DNA from: Botryllus schlosseri
Taxonomy: Eukaryota
Length of the DNA: 64,000 nucleotides
Direction: 5' to 3'
NCBI GenBank assembly: GCA_051294905.1
Contig: CM119378.1
Coordinates: 248,001 to 312,000, forward strand
The notes below the pieces were generated by a model. The model was not told the origin of the DNA. It did no database searches and was given only the letters and a program-made list of their open reading frames with translations. The position numbers and the translations under genes are program-made. This document shows positions 24,664-37,674 of the stretch, piece by piece. Position 1 is the stretch's first letter. Each line of letters opens with the position of its first letter.

Positions 24664-27600
24664 GGTTGGTTCGATTGGTTTGAAATAAGGACAAATATGT
24701 TAGAAATGAGGTGAGTCTCATGTCAGAAATGAGGATAGTCGTGTCAGAAATGAGGATAGTCATGTCAGAAATAAGGATAGTCGCTATATTCACTATAAAG
24801 TCAGTTACAGTACCAGGCACGACTTTCTAGTGCTGCTAACCCAGTCCGAACACATCCCAGACATGATGTCCAAACACGCCCCAGACACGATGTCCGGGTA
24901 TCAACACAGGCCGAACACGCCCAAGACACCATGTCCGAATGGCAACACAGGCCGAAAACACCCCAGACATGATGTCTGAACACGCCCCAGATACGATGTC
25001 CGGGTATCAACACGGGCCGAACACGCCCAAAAGACACCATGTCCGAATGGCAACACGGACCGAACACGCCCCAGACACGATGTCCGAGTGTCAACTCAGA
25101 TCCGAAAACAACCCAGACACCATGCTCGAATGGCCGAACATGCCCCAGACACGATGTCCGATTGGCAGCACAGGCCGAACACACCACAGACATGATGTCC
25201 AAACACGCCCCAGATACGATGTCCGGGTATCAACACAGGCCGAACACGCCCTAGACATCATGTGTGAATGGCAGTACAGGCCGAACACCCCCCCCCCAGA
25301 CATGATGTCCGAACACGCCCCAGATACGTTGTCCGGGTATCAACACGGCCGAACACACCCAAGACACTATGTCCGAATGGCAGCACAGGCCGAACACACC
25401 CCAGACATAATGTGTGAATGGCATCATAGGCCGACCACATCCCAGACATGATGTCCAAAGTCGCCGCAGACACAATGTCCGAACACAGCCGAGACACCAT
25501 GTTTGAATGGCAGTACAGGCCGAACACCCCCCTCCCCCCCAGACATGATGTCCGAACACGCCCCAGATACGTTGTCCGGGTATCAACACGGCCGAACACA
25601 CCCAAGACACCATGTCCGAATGGCAGCACAGGCCGAACACGCCCCAGACACGATGTCCGAGTGTCAACTCAGATCCGAAAACAACCCAGACAGCATGCTC
25701 GAATGGCCGAACATGCCCCAGACACGATGTCCGATTGGCAGCACAGGCCGAACACACCACAGACATGATGTCCAAACACGCCCAAGATACGATGTCCGGG
25801 TATCAACACAGGCCGAACACGCCCTAGACATCATGTGTGAATGGCAGTACAGGCCGAACACCCCCCCCCAGACATGATGTCCGAACACGCCCCAGATACG
25901 TTGTCCGGGTATCAACACGGCCGAACACACCCAAGACACCATGTCCGAATGGCAGCACAGGCCGAACACACCCCAGACATAATGTGTGAATGGCATCATA
26001 GGCCGACCACATCCCAGACATGATGTCCAAAGTCGCCGCAGACACAATGTCCGAACACAGCCGAGACACCATGTTTGAATGGCAGTACAGGCCGAACACC
26101 CCCCCCCAGACATGATGTCCGAACACGCCCCAGATACGTTGTCCGGGTATCAACACGGCCGAACACACCCAAGACACCATGTCCGAATGGCAGCACAGGC
26201 CGAACACACCCCAGACATTATGTGTGAATGGCATTAGGCCGACCACATCCCAGACATGATGTCCGAAGTCGCCGCAGACACAATGTCCGAACACAGCCGA
26301 GACACCATGTTTGAATGGCCGAACATGCCCCAGACACGATGTCCGATTGGCAGCACAGGCCGAACACACCCCAGACATGATGTCCAAACACGCTCCAGAT
26401 ACGATGATCGGGTATCAACACAGGCCGAACACGCCCAAGACACCATGTCCGAATGGCAACACAGGCCGATAACACCCCAGACATGATGTCCGAATACGCC
26501 CCAGATACGAAGTCCGGGTATCAACACGGGCCGAACACGCCCAAGACACCATGTCCGAATGGCAACACAGGCCGAACACACCCCAGACACGATGTCCAAG
26601 TGTCAACTCAGATCCGAAAACAACCCAGACACCATGCTTGAATGGCCGAGCATGCCCCAGACACGATGTCCGATTGGCAGCACAGGCCGAACACAACCCA
26701 TACATGGTGTCGGAACGCCCCAGACACGATGTGCTATTGGCAACACAGTCCCAACACCCCCCAGACACGATGTTAATAAGGTTGGTCGTGTTTGAAATAA
26801 GGTCAGTCTAGTGTTTGAAATAAGGATAGTCATGTTAGAAATAAGGATAGCCATGTTTGATATAGGGATAGTCATGTTTGAAATAAGGATAGTCTCATGT
26901 CAGAAATGAGGATAGTCATGTCAGAAATGAGGATAGTCATGTCAGAAATAAGGATAGTCTCTATATTCACTATAAAGTCAGTTACAGTACCAGGCACGAC
27001 TTTCTAGTGCTAACCCAGTCCGAACACATCGCACACATGATGTCCGAACACGCGCCAGATACGATGTCCGGGTATCAACACGGCCGAACACACCCAAGAC
27101 ACCATGTCCGAATGGCAGCACAGGCCGAACACACCCCAGACATAATGTGTGAATGGCATTAGGCCGACCACATCCCAGACATGATGTCCGAAGTCGCCGC
27201 AGACACAATGTCCGAACACAGCCGAGACACCATGTTTGAATGGCCGAACATGCCCCAGACACGATGTCCGATTGGCAGCACAGGCCGAACACACCCCAGA
27301 CATGATGTCCAAACACGCTCCAGATACGATGATCGGGTATCAACACAGGCCGAACACGCCCAAGACACCATGTCCGAATGGCAACACAGGCCGATAACAC
27401 CCCAGACATGATGTCCGAATACGCCCCAGATACGATGTCCGGGTATCAATACAGGCCGAACACGCCCGAGACACCATGTCCGAATGGCATCACAGGCCGA
27501 ACACACCCCAGACATGATGTCCAAGCACGCCCCAGACACGATGTCCAAGTATCAATACAGGCCGAACACACCCAAGACACCATGTCCGAATGGCAACACG

Positions 27601-27675
27601 GACCGAACACGCCCCAGACACGATGTCCGAGTATCAACACAGGCCGAATAAGCTTAAGACACGATGTCCGAATGA
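24664..27675 (+). repeat. Left satellite arm
   Basis: 21-bp gaaat(a/g)aggatagtcatgtca blocks at ~24680-24800 and ~26790-26975, each followed by arrays of 24-40 bp modules with core ggccgaacac..cccagacac(g/c)atgtccga. Confidence 0.95.
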
Positions 27676-28034
27676 ATAATTGACCAGGATAATGGAATTT
27701 TATCGAGCGATCATTCGGAACAATGCCGATTTCCAGATTTCAGACTTGGACGGCTATATTTATTGGTGGTTCCGTTGACCTGCCAGCTTTAAAATTGTAT
27801 TTGCGAAATAGCTTTCGATCAAGATCGGTATTGGTAAATTGTAGTTTCATTCAAAGTTAATTTATGAGTTCGGCCGATACTAATGTCCCTTGCATTTATT
27901 GCGGGTCGCCTGTGTTTGCCGCTGGGTTTATTTGACAAGGACAGGAATATTTGGGGCTCACACATATAAATATCGAAGACTCCTGGTTACACGTCTATAA
28001 TTTCAAATGCCGATGCGAAGTTGGATGTTGGACG

Positions 28035-28708
28035 CACTGGCGTAGCCAGGGGGGACGAAAGGGGCGGTTGCGCCCCCCCCAAATTTATTGAAAATTTTCG
28101 TAAAATCAATAGATATTAGAGTATTTTGGGGCAAAAGTATGCAACCTAAAATTTTTCTTCGCGCTTAGCGCGATTTGGTGTCCGTTCATGTCTTGATTTT
28201 GTTATCGGTGTCACGAAAAAAAATTATTCCGCAAATACCCATTATTGAATTTAGCTGCATTCTCAATTATGAGAATACAACAGGACCAGTAGATACACTA
28301 GTGTAGCCCGAGGTCGTTGGGTTGATTGAGTCTGTAGGAGTGTCAGTTCAGTATGGCGGTTGGGAACTGTTAGCTCCGGCAACTAGGCTACCGTTTCGGG
28401 ACACACGAAGATATATAAAGTATGCTACATGCTACTCCGCAAAGTGCGCTCCCGAAATGATTGACCACCATAAATCCGACCCATGTATTCCGAAGCCTTC
28501 GATATAGATAAGCTATAGTTGGCAACTGGAAGCTTCCATAGGGTATGTGTCTGTGTGCGTCTAAGAATCGTATGTATAAAGGGTAGGCTAGTGATGAAAT
28601 TGCCTATGGCAGGATGTACGGTTCTGCGAGATGTTCCCACGGGAGAGCTCCCCTAAAGCCATAATCCCCCCCCCCAAAAAAAAAATTGTTTTTCTGGCTA
28701 CGACCTTG
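28035..28708. mobile_element. MITE with CA(G/C)TGGCGTAGCCAG-type ends
   Basis: cactggcgtagccagggggg ... ctggctacgaccttg, with poly-C subterminal tracts; no clear TSD. Confidence 0.55.
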
Positions 28709-29203
28709 CGTGTGCTCGATCTCTTGATCTTGATCTCTTACTAATTGCGCAAAGTGTTTACACCGTATTCTATATAACTTCTCCGTATTACTCTTCGACT
28801 AAACTATACGGGCCTTATAATATGGGGGATGGCGCCGTACCATGCTATTTTCTAAAACGTGCTGTTCGAGAAAACAGAGGATTAGTATAGCATTTCCATA
28901 TCAATACTATCATAATGAGAATGAATGCTTATGCTATCGAAAATTGGATACCTGTTGCCTGTTGGTGTGCATTAATATGAATCAAGCTCGTCACCTGTTC
29001 ACAATCCACGTGAACGAATTAGGATCATTTTCACAACTACTTACTTACTTGAGTACTTTTAAAGTCAGTCAATTCTACTTCACCTTCAAGTAGTTTTAGG
29101 TTGCTCATGGAAGAAGTACTTCTACTCGTACTTGAGTAGATTTTTTTCGTCGCTACTTCTACTTCTACTTGAGTAGATTTCTTGACTACTTTGACCACCT
29201 CTG

Positions 29204-30306
29204 GTTGTGATACACAATGCTGCATAGTATGACACCGGACAAAATTTTATACTCCTTGATTCTTCCGATCAGCTGTTCAATATGAATACGTTCTCTCGCC
29301 ATCTTTCTTGTTGTGGAACAGTCTGGCTCAGGCATTTGACGTTGTGTAAATCATGTGAAGGAATATTTAAATCTAGATTCAATTTCTTGATTTCAGACTC
29401 AATGGTGAATCCCTTTTCTGCCATGATAGCATTGCCTGGCTCACCATAGCTGAACTCCATCATTTTCTTGCATTCCTTGTCGAATCCACATATTTAACTA
29501 GTATTTCGATCTGAAATGATCCCTGTGAATAGTTCCTGCACAAAAGTAAGTGTACCACAATCCAATCCATCAATCCTTTCAAAGTTGTATGTCATTTATT
29601 GACAGTCAGTAATCATTCTAGATTTGAGAAATCATGAATGAATGCAAATGGTGCATTTTTAAGAACCACATATCTACATGGCCAAATCGCGATTTAATGA
29701 AGCAGTTACATGTGGCTGACCCAATGGTTTAATACTATGCTTACAGCAATACTATAAATTTGACGTCAGTAGGATAAGTCGGACAATTCAGAAAGAATTT
29801 AATGTAGTCTAGCATAAAATTTCAGCTTCTCCGCATCTTTTGGCATTATGATGCTCCTCTGAGAACTGAACTTCACTAGCAATAATTGTCCGTCAATTTG
29901 TAATTTTCCTGGACGAGTTTCCTGTTTTGTGCTTCTATACTTCTTCCAGAAATTTGATTTTCTTGCGTTTAATCCATCGACTTCCTCTTTCTGCAGCTTC
30001 ATAAAAGAAATCCATCAAGCCTGCACAAAATATATAATATGTTTATTTTACAGAGCAATACTGCTGTGCAGGCACCTGTCAAGGTGTACTCGTCCGACTC
30101 ATGCAACGTATCACCGCTACCAATTTCAACCATTCATCTCGTTATTGAATATATATTGCTCTCAACAATTTCAATACATTACACACCATCAAGCAACAAG
30201 ACTGGAGTGGAATAAAACGAGACACACACCAAGTCGATTGTGGCATCAAGTGTGACTGCATTTCAGATTGGACTCATTTTGAAACACAGAATTGTTTCAT
30301 CTAGAT
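29204..30306 (-). repeat. Direct duplicate of 11120-12217 (ISL2EU-like transposase remnant)
   Basis: Near-identical sequence; the same broken ORFs recur (11185/29269 and 11840/29929). Confidence 0.95.
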
Positions 30307-31474
30307 CAGGGCTGGCCAACCTTTTCAGCTAACGGGCCACATTCGATTGACGAATTATCGCGCGGGCCACTAGCCGCGCGAAATTTTTTTGAAGTTCATA
30401 GGTCAATAATATTGTCATTTGACTATATTGCGGGCCTGTTGTACATCGCTGGGCTAATTTTGCGAGGACAGGGCTATTCGGCGCATGGACAAATCAATAT
30501 CGAAAGACGCGACCAACATGCATCAATCATTTCGTGCCTAGGTTTCATAGTCGACGGTCTTGCTGCGAGCGCAACCGCAATGTTGAACGACGCTTTGTCT
30601 CGTAATCGCAAATATAGTTAGACTCTATCTGATACATTAGGTCAGTGGTTCTCAACCTTTTAGTCTTCGCGGACCCCTTTCGGACAGTCACGGACCCCCG
30701 CGGACCCCCACGAGTTTTAGTTCAAATTTAGCTCAATTATCGTACAATTGTCATATGTCTTGTGCAAATGACAACTGTAGGCTTGGTGATAAACAGCTAC
30801 AAAATGACCTTTCCTGAAAATAAGATCATACTATTTCATGTAGAAATTGGGTTGACTTCTATTATTTCAAAGCAAATTATGCAACTGCATTTCCTGAAGT
30901 ACCTGGTCGTGCCTTGAAATTCCGCGCATTCAATTTGATATATGAATGAGCGCCGAAAATTCATTACCACAAATATAGGTGGTGGAATTTTTTTGAAAAA
31001 GTTGCCTAAATTTCCACAATAATTATTGTTAATTCACGAAAGAATTGTGGGCCTCCTTCGATCTCGGGCCCCCATCCCAATTGGGGTTTGGGTGTGGCAG
31101 TTACGGTCATGGACGCCAATATAGCCATTTCAACGCGCCATCGCCCCCTATCGCCCCCTTCGTCCGTTTTCGCCCCCCTATCGCCCCCTTGGCTATTTTC
31201 GCCCCCCTGGACCGACAAATCGCCCCCCGGGGGGCGATATCGCCCACGTTGGGAACCACTGGACTACACAAATATTTGCATGACAACGCATGATCTTGAG
31301 ATTTCTCCTAGCTAGCATTCATGAATATTCTTGTTTGCAATACATTTGATTACATTCCAAAACATACCTGTGCTTTATTGCTTGCGACACGTCAAAATGA
31401 GGTAAAATGTGCATTATGGCTGTATTAAGTAAGTTCAACCTTATAAATTTGCGACACGAGATAGCGAAGTTATT

Positions 31475-33750
31475 GGGGCGTGTTCGGCCTATGATGCCAT
31501 TCAGACATTATATCTGGGGCGTGTCGGCCTGAGTTGACACTCAGACATCGTGTCTGCGGCGAGTTCGGACATCATGTCTGGGGTGTGTTCGGCCTGTGCT
31601 GCCAATCGGACATCGTGTCTGGGGCATGTTCGGCCATTCAAACATGGTGTCTCGGCTGTGTTCGGACATTGTGTCTGCGGCGACTTCGGACATCATGTCT
31701 GGGATGTGGTCGGCCTATGATGCCATTCACACATTATGTCTGGGGTGTGTTCGGCCTGTGATGCCATTCGGACATGATGTCTCGGGCGTGTTCGGCCTGT
31801 ATTGATACCCGGACATCGTATCTGGGGCGTGTTCGGACATCATGTCTGGGATGTGTTCGGACTGGGTTAGCAGCACTAGAAAGTCGTGCCTGGTACTGTA
31901 ACTGACTTTATAGTGAATATAGCGACTATCCTTATTTCTGACATGACTATCCTCATTTCTGACATGACTATCCTCATTCCAAACATGAGACTATCCTTAT
32001 TTCAAACATGACTATCCCTATATCAAACATGGCTATCCTTATTTCTAACATGACTATCCTTATTTCAAACACTAGACTGACCTTATTTCAAACACGACCA
32101 ACCTTATTAACATCGTGTCTGGGGGGTGTTGGGACTGTGTTGCCAATAGCACATCGTGTCTGGGGCGTTCCGACATCATGTATGGGTTGTGTTCGGCCTG
32201 TGCTGCCAATCGGACATCGTGTCTGGGGCATGCTCGGCCATTCAAGCATGGTGTCTGGGTTGTTTTCGGATCTGAGTTGACACTCGGACATCGTGTCTGG
32301 GGCGTGTTCGGTCCGTGTTGCCATTCGGACATGGTGTCTTGGGCGTGTTCGGCCTGTGTTGATACTTGGACATCGTGTCTGGGGTGTGTTCGGCCTGTGT
32401 TGCCATTCGGACATGGTGTCTTGGGCGTGTTCGGCCCGTGTTGATACCCGGACTTCGTATCTGGGGCGTATTCGGACATCATGTCTGGGGTGTTATCGGC
32501 CTGTGTTGCCATTCGGACATGGTGTCTTGGGCGTGTTCGGCCTGTGTTGATACCCGGGCATCGTATCTGGGGCGTGTTTGGACATCATGTCTGGGGTGTG
32601 TTCGGCCTGTGCTGCCAATCGGACATCGTGTCTGGGGCATGTTCGGCCATTCAAACATGGTGTCTCGGCTGTGTTCGGACATTGTGTCTGCGGCCTATGA
32701 TGCCATTCACACATTATGTCTGGGGTGTGTTCGGCCTGTGCTGCCATTCGGACATGGTGTCTTGGGTGTGCTCGGCCGTGTTGATACCCGGACAACGTAT
32801 CTGGGGCGTGTTCGGACATCATGTCTGGGGGGGGGGTGTTCGGCCTGTACTGCCATTCACACATGATGTCTAGGGCGTGTTCGGCCTGTGTTGATACCCG
32901 GACATCGTATCTGGGGCGTGTTTGGACATCATGTCTGTGGTGTGTTCGGCCTGTGCTGCCAATCGGACATCGTGTCTGGGGCATGTTCGGCCATTCAAGC
33001 ATGGTGTCTGGGTTGTTTTCGGATCTGAGCTGCCATTCGGACATGGTGTCTTGGGTGTGTTCGGCCGTGTTGATACCCGGACAACGTATCTGGGGCGTGT
33101 TCGGACATCATGTCTGGGGGGGGGGGTGTTCGGCCTGTACTGCCATTCACACATGATGTCTAGGGCGTGTTCGGCCTGTGTTGATACCCGGACATCGTAT
33201 CTGGGGCGTGTTTGGACATCATGTCTGTGGTGTGTTCGGCCTGTGCTGCCAATCGGACATCGTGTCTGGGACATGTTCGGCCATTCGAGCATGGTGTCTG
33301 GGTTGTTTTCGGATCTGAGTTGACACTCGGGCATCGTGTCTGGGGCGTGTTCGGTCCGTGTTGCCATTCGGACATGGTGTCTTTTGGGCGTGTTCGGCCC
33401 GTGTTGATACCCGGACATCGTATCTGGGGCGTGTTCAGACATCATGTATGGGGTGTTTTCGGCCTGTGTTGCCATTCGGACATGGTGTCTTGGGCGTGTT
33501 CGGCCTGTGTTGATACCCGGACATCGTGTCTGGGGCGTGTTTGGACATCATGTCTGGGATGTGTTCGGACTGGGTTAGCAGCACTAGAAAGTCGTGCCTG
33601 GTACTGTAACTGACTTTATAGTGAATATAGCGACTATCCTTATTTCTGACATGACTATCCTCATTTCTGACATGACTATCCTCATTTCTGACATGAGACT
33701 CACCTCATTTCTAACATATTTGTCCTTATTTCAAACCAATCGAACCAACC
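31475..33750 (-). repeat. Right satellite arm (inverted)
   Basis: Reverse complement of the left-arm modules; 21-bp blocks at ~31905-32090 and ~33615-33735. Confidence 0.95.
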
Positions 33751-35327
33751 CTGTAGACCTTCATAGCTGCTGCGCAGTGCGCATTCACCACTGTACTTTT
33801 ACGTGTTAACAAGGCACCAAAAGTTTGGTGCAGCCTTGTGGGCTTTGAGGTGGAGGTGATTTTGCAGTGGTACAATTTCAATCTCCAACTGTTCAGCATC
33901 CAGACATGACAGATTTCATGATACCTGACAGCAGCATCGATTACAGGAAGTTAGAAACATAGTACTATAAATTGCGTTGAGTGTAAGAGAGACAAGCTGT
34001 GTCAAAAGATGCAATACACATAGGGCATACTGCATCTGCTAGTACGTCACCGCCATTTGCTACCGGATAGTAATGTTGTTTACAACTTTGGCATTGTCCG
34101 GGACGTCGGGCTACCATAACGGAACCTCCCACCCTTTCAAGAAGACCGTGGATGGCATGCCGTCATATCGCCTGTATGGACAGTACGCCGAGGCCTATTC
34201 TACGTCTTCGATATCTTGTTATTCTACTACATGTTGGTATATTACTAATTGTAATCGGGGATATTTGGTATCATCATTTTAAGTCATTTCTAAGTCGCAT
34301 GTTATAGTGTGATTTAAACAACAATAACGAAATCACTCAATTTATATATTTAAAAGCTCACTGGTGATAATCTGACGAATATTGGCAAATGCTGCTATTA
34401 GATCTATTTTTGAACCAGGCTCGCGGGCCACTCATCTGGTCCTCGCGGGCTACCTGGTGCCCGCGGGCACCAGGTTGGTGACCCCTGTCGTAGACTAACC
34501 CCCACTTCTACGCAACGATTTTTCAGTACGTATTTATCTTTCTAGGCTACTTTTACTGCTATTTAACGGGTTTTCATATAAATCTGCTTACTTTTATAAC
34601 TTTATATTTTGTGAAGTAGAGAGTAGTTTAAGGTTATGTTTGTATAACCGTGACGAGTGCTTTTGTCACACTCGATTACCATCTTTAAATCATGGCTATC
34701 TCAATGACGTTGACTAAATTTACGGCTTCAGAACGCGCTAATTACACCTTGTCGTTATAACGCCGGGGTTCACGTACAGGCGTCGAAAGTGTTTGTATAA
34801 TTAAATCCCTGCGAATCGCACGCCTGCGGCTATAGTTCGTTCGATTATTTTCGTCTTGGGATTCGCGAAGAGTTATCTCTAACCAATAGAGCAATATAAC
34901 CGCCTATAGTTTAGTGGGGTATTGCTATAATGCAGAGGTCTCAAACACTTCTTCTCCGGTTTTGCAAGTCTGAAATTTCTGAAAAAGTGTCCTCTTTTTA
35001 GATTTCGAAAATATGTTAAGCCTACTATTACGTCACATTTCTAGTTTATGATGATAAATAGGGCAATTTTTTTGACATGTCAAAAAAGTCAAAATTAGGT
35101 CAAAATTGTAGCGTTAGGTCAAAATTTGTCAAAATTGTTTACCAAGTCAAACATGTTTTGACCTCTGCATTTCGTTTGTATCGTAGATTTTGCGCTGTCG
35201 GTGAACTTATCATTTGATATTTTACAGCTTGTAGCCTACTTTATGGGCCTACCGTTGTAAACGGATCATCGTCTGCTCATTGTGAATCATAAATGGTCAA
35301 ATGAAACAAATAGTGACATGGTTTTAT

Positions 35328-36135
35328 CAGGGTTGTAACCAAGTCACATGGTTCCGAGTCACGAGTCAATCTGACTTTTGTGGTTTTGACTCGAGTCGAG
35401 TCATTTTCAATTCATCACCGATTCGAGTCCGAGTCCAAGTCACCGTTTTAAGGGTCAAGTCCGAGTCATAGTGTTATGACTCGAGTCGAGTCCAAGTCAC
35501 AGTATTGAAGTCATGTTCAACTTATGTTTTCAATCCTGCTTGGGTGATATCGAATTCCTTGCTTGCCAAACATGCTTATTTTGTCCCTATCATAGTCTTG
35601 GCACAAGTTTATTTAGTTAGGCAGATAACAGGCAGTTCCTGGCCTCATATACCGATGCTACAGATAGACGAGACAGGCCGCCAATACGATAACGTTACTA
35701 ATCTTAGAACTTTAAATCAAATATCTGTCTTGTCAGTCTGATATTTCACAAATAAAAGCATTCAGTTTTTATTACGAACACATCGACGACCGCCCACAAA
35801 TAGCTTATAGAGAATAAACGAATTCACGTCTACATACTATCTGATAGAGAACCTACGAATTCAGGTCTAGCTAGATACAAGCTGGTAAAGAATCAACAGA
35901 GAAACGCTTATGTAGAGGTACAGTTTTGCTTTCACATCATATCAGGTGGTTGACCAGAAAAAAGGTCAACTTTCCTGCTCAGCTGCCGAAATAGTCGCCG
36001 GAGCGTTACTTTAGTGCTGATTTACTGTTATCTTAGTCGAATTTGCCCTACATTTACCAAAAAAATTCCTAAAAATGAAGACAGAATCTCAAAAAAGAGG
36101 CTACTTCCTAAAATTGTTAGATTATCTAAAAGAAC
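35328..36135 (+). mobile_element. Truncated copy of the left end of the 8880 hAT element
   Basis: Starts cagggttgtaaccaagtcacatgg and is colinear with 8880-9686; no partner right end seen. Confidence 0.9.
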
Positions 36136-36507
36136 TGTAACAGCTGTAACAGCAATGAATTCGTCGGCAATTGGACATTTCTATTAAATGAGTTCTTAAC
36201 CAGGGTCCGCAGACACCTTCGGGGTACGGAGCACCGCATCATGGGGTACGAGATGCATTGTGGAATTAGGCCTATGCCCTATATCAGTGATTCCCAACCG
36301 CGGCCCCGAGGGCCGCATGTAACTGTAACAGCTGTAACACCAATGAATTCGTCGGCGATTGGACATTTCTATTAAATGAGTTCTTAACCAGGGTCCGCAG
36401 ACACCTTCGGGGTACGGAGCACCACATCATGGGGTACGAGATGCATTGTGGAATTAGGCCTATGCCCTATATCAGTGATTCCCAACCGCGGCCCCGAGGG
36501 CCGCATG
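36133..36507 (+). repeat. Tandem duplication, 188-bp period, 2 copies
   Basis: aactgtaacagctgtaaca...ccgagggccgcatg starts at 36133 and again at 36321. Confidence 0.9.
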
Positions 36508-37674
36508 CGGCCCGCAGATAGCCTTCTTGCGGCCCCCACAAAATATTAGGAAATTGAGTATTGACAAAAAATATAATTTTATATTTATAAAATGCACGTT
36601 CTTGGCTTGGAGTCTGGAGTTTTTAATTAGGATTGCAGGAAAGTCGTGCGTAGACTGCTAACGTTACGTCACTGCTGTTTCAATGCAATGTGCCCTAACT
36701 TTCCAGTTGAACGAGCAGTAGCTATAGGTATAGACAGGACCATAACTGCGGCACGCCACACTCTCCAATTGGTGGGAGGGGCGAGCTCGAAGGGGGCTCT
36801 AAATTATTTCATGAATTAGCATAAATTATAGAGTATTTTTTGAAAATTTGTGCATCTTTTTACTCTAGGCTGCCAAATATCTTGACTTTTGGGTACTCAT
36901 CCCCCCAAAAAAATATATTCATCGAAATGAGCATATCGGCGTTTGCCATTACCGCGCCACGACGCACCAAGACATATAAAGATTTACGACGATACTGATC
37001 TTGTTGAAGTGTTATGGACTGCATCTAACTACGTGTGTGACATTCAACTGTATAAGACAATCGTAAATGAATGTATATGGCCTTATGCGGCAATGCTGCG
37101 CATTTTTGCGCGGCATTTTTCACGTAACAGAATATTGCTTTATTGCACACCAATTTGAAGCGTGTTCTATCCAACTAATTCCCGATATTATGGTTGCAAT
37201 GAACTCTTGCGATCAGCAACTACTCTAAAACGACAACTGCACTGTCAATTTGAGATCCCAGAATCGCGAAATTATCCGCTTGAGGCATCACAAAGGAGAG
37301 CTTTCAGCGCATGGCCGCAAAAAAAGCTAGGCGCTATAGAGAAAATTTCTCTTTTTTTCCGCTTTGCGTAAGTTCTGTGTTGCCCGTCTCGCTCTTTTGC
37401 GATTCAACGTGCTGGGAACGTGACAGGAACTGACTGTGCTGCAGATTTCAAAACTTTCTTGGTGAGTAACGGTGTTGCATCGCGCCATATCAAGAAATTG
37501 GAAGGTAGGTAAATAGCTTCAGCATTAATGTACCCTGTTATATAGATATCTGATATAAAGTACGATCCTAATCTGTATATAGCTCACGCATAGCTTCAGC
37601 AATATGCCAGGCTGTTATAACAGCTATAGCTATAGCTCTCCGCTATAAACTTGGAACATTGCGTAACTAGCGAT

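Larger units (their letters stand above)
24658..33756. mobile_element. Foldback-type element with satellite-built inverted arms
   Basis: Arm 24664-~27675 is mirrored by ~31475-33750 (ggttggttcgattggtttgaaataagg / ccttatttcaaaccaatcgaaccaacc); 8-bp direct repeat accttcat at 24650-57 and 33757-64. Confidence 0.8.
24122..34487. mobile_element. 10.4 kb hAT (Buster/Charlie-type) shell enclosing the foldback element
   Basis: TIR caggggtcaccaacct / aggttggtgacccctg; perfect TSD tcgtagac at 24114-21 and 34488-95. Confidence 0.9.

Noticed and set aside
24836..27675. CRISPR-like repeat/spacer appearance
   Set aside because: The sequences between repeats are themselves recurrent, there are no cas genes, and the context is eukaryotic.
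24801..33613. Dozens of Cys/His/Pro-rich ORFs on both strands
   Set aside because: They are by-products of the stop-poor satellite modules, open in several frames at once, with no domain signal.
8183..35024. taggcttaccata / tatgttaagccta as the two ends of one 27 kb element
   Set aside because: The TIR match is imperfect and there is no shared TSD; more likely two independent fragments.
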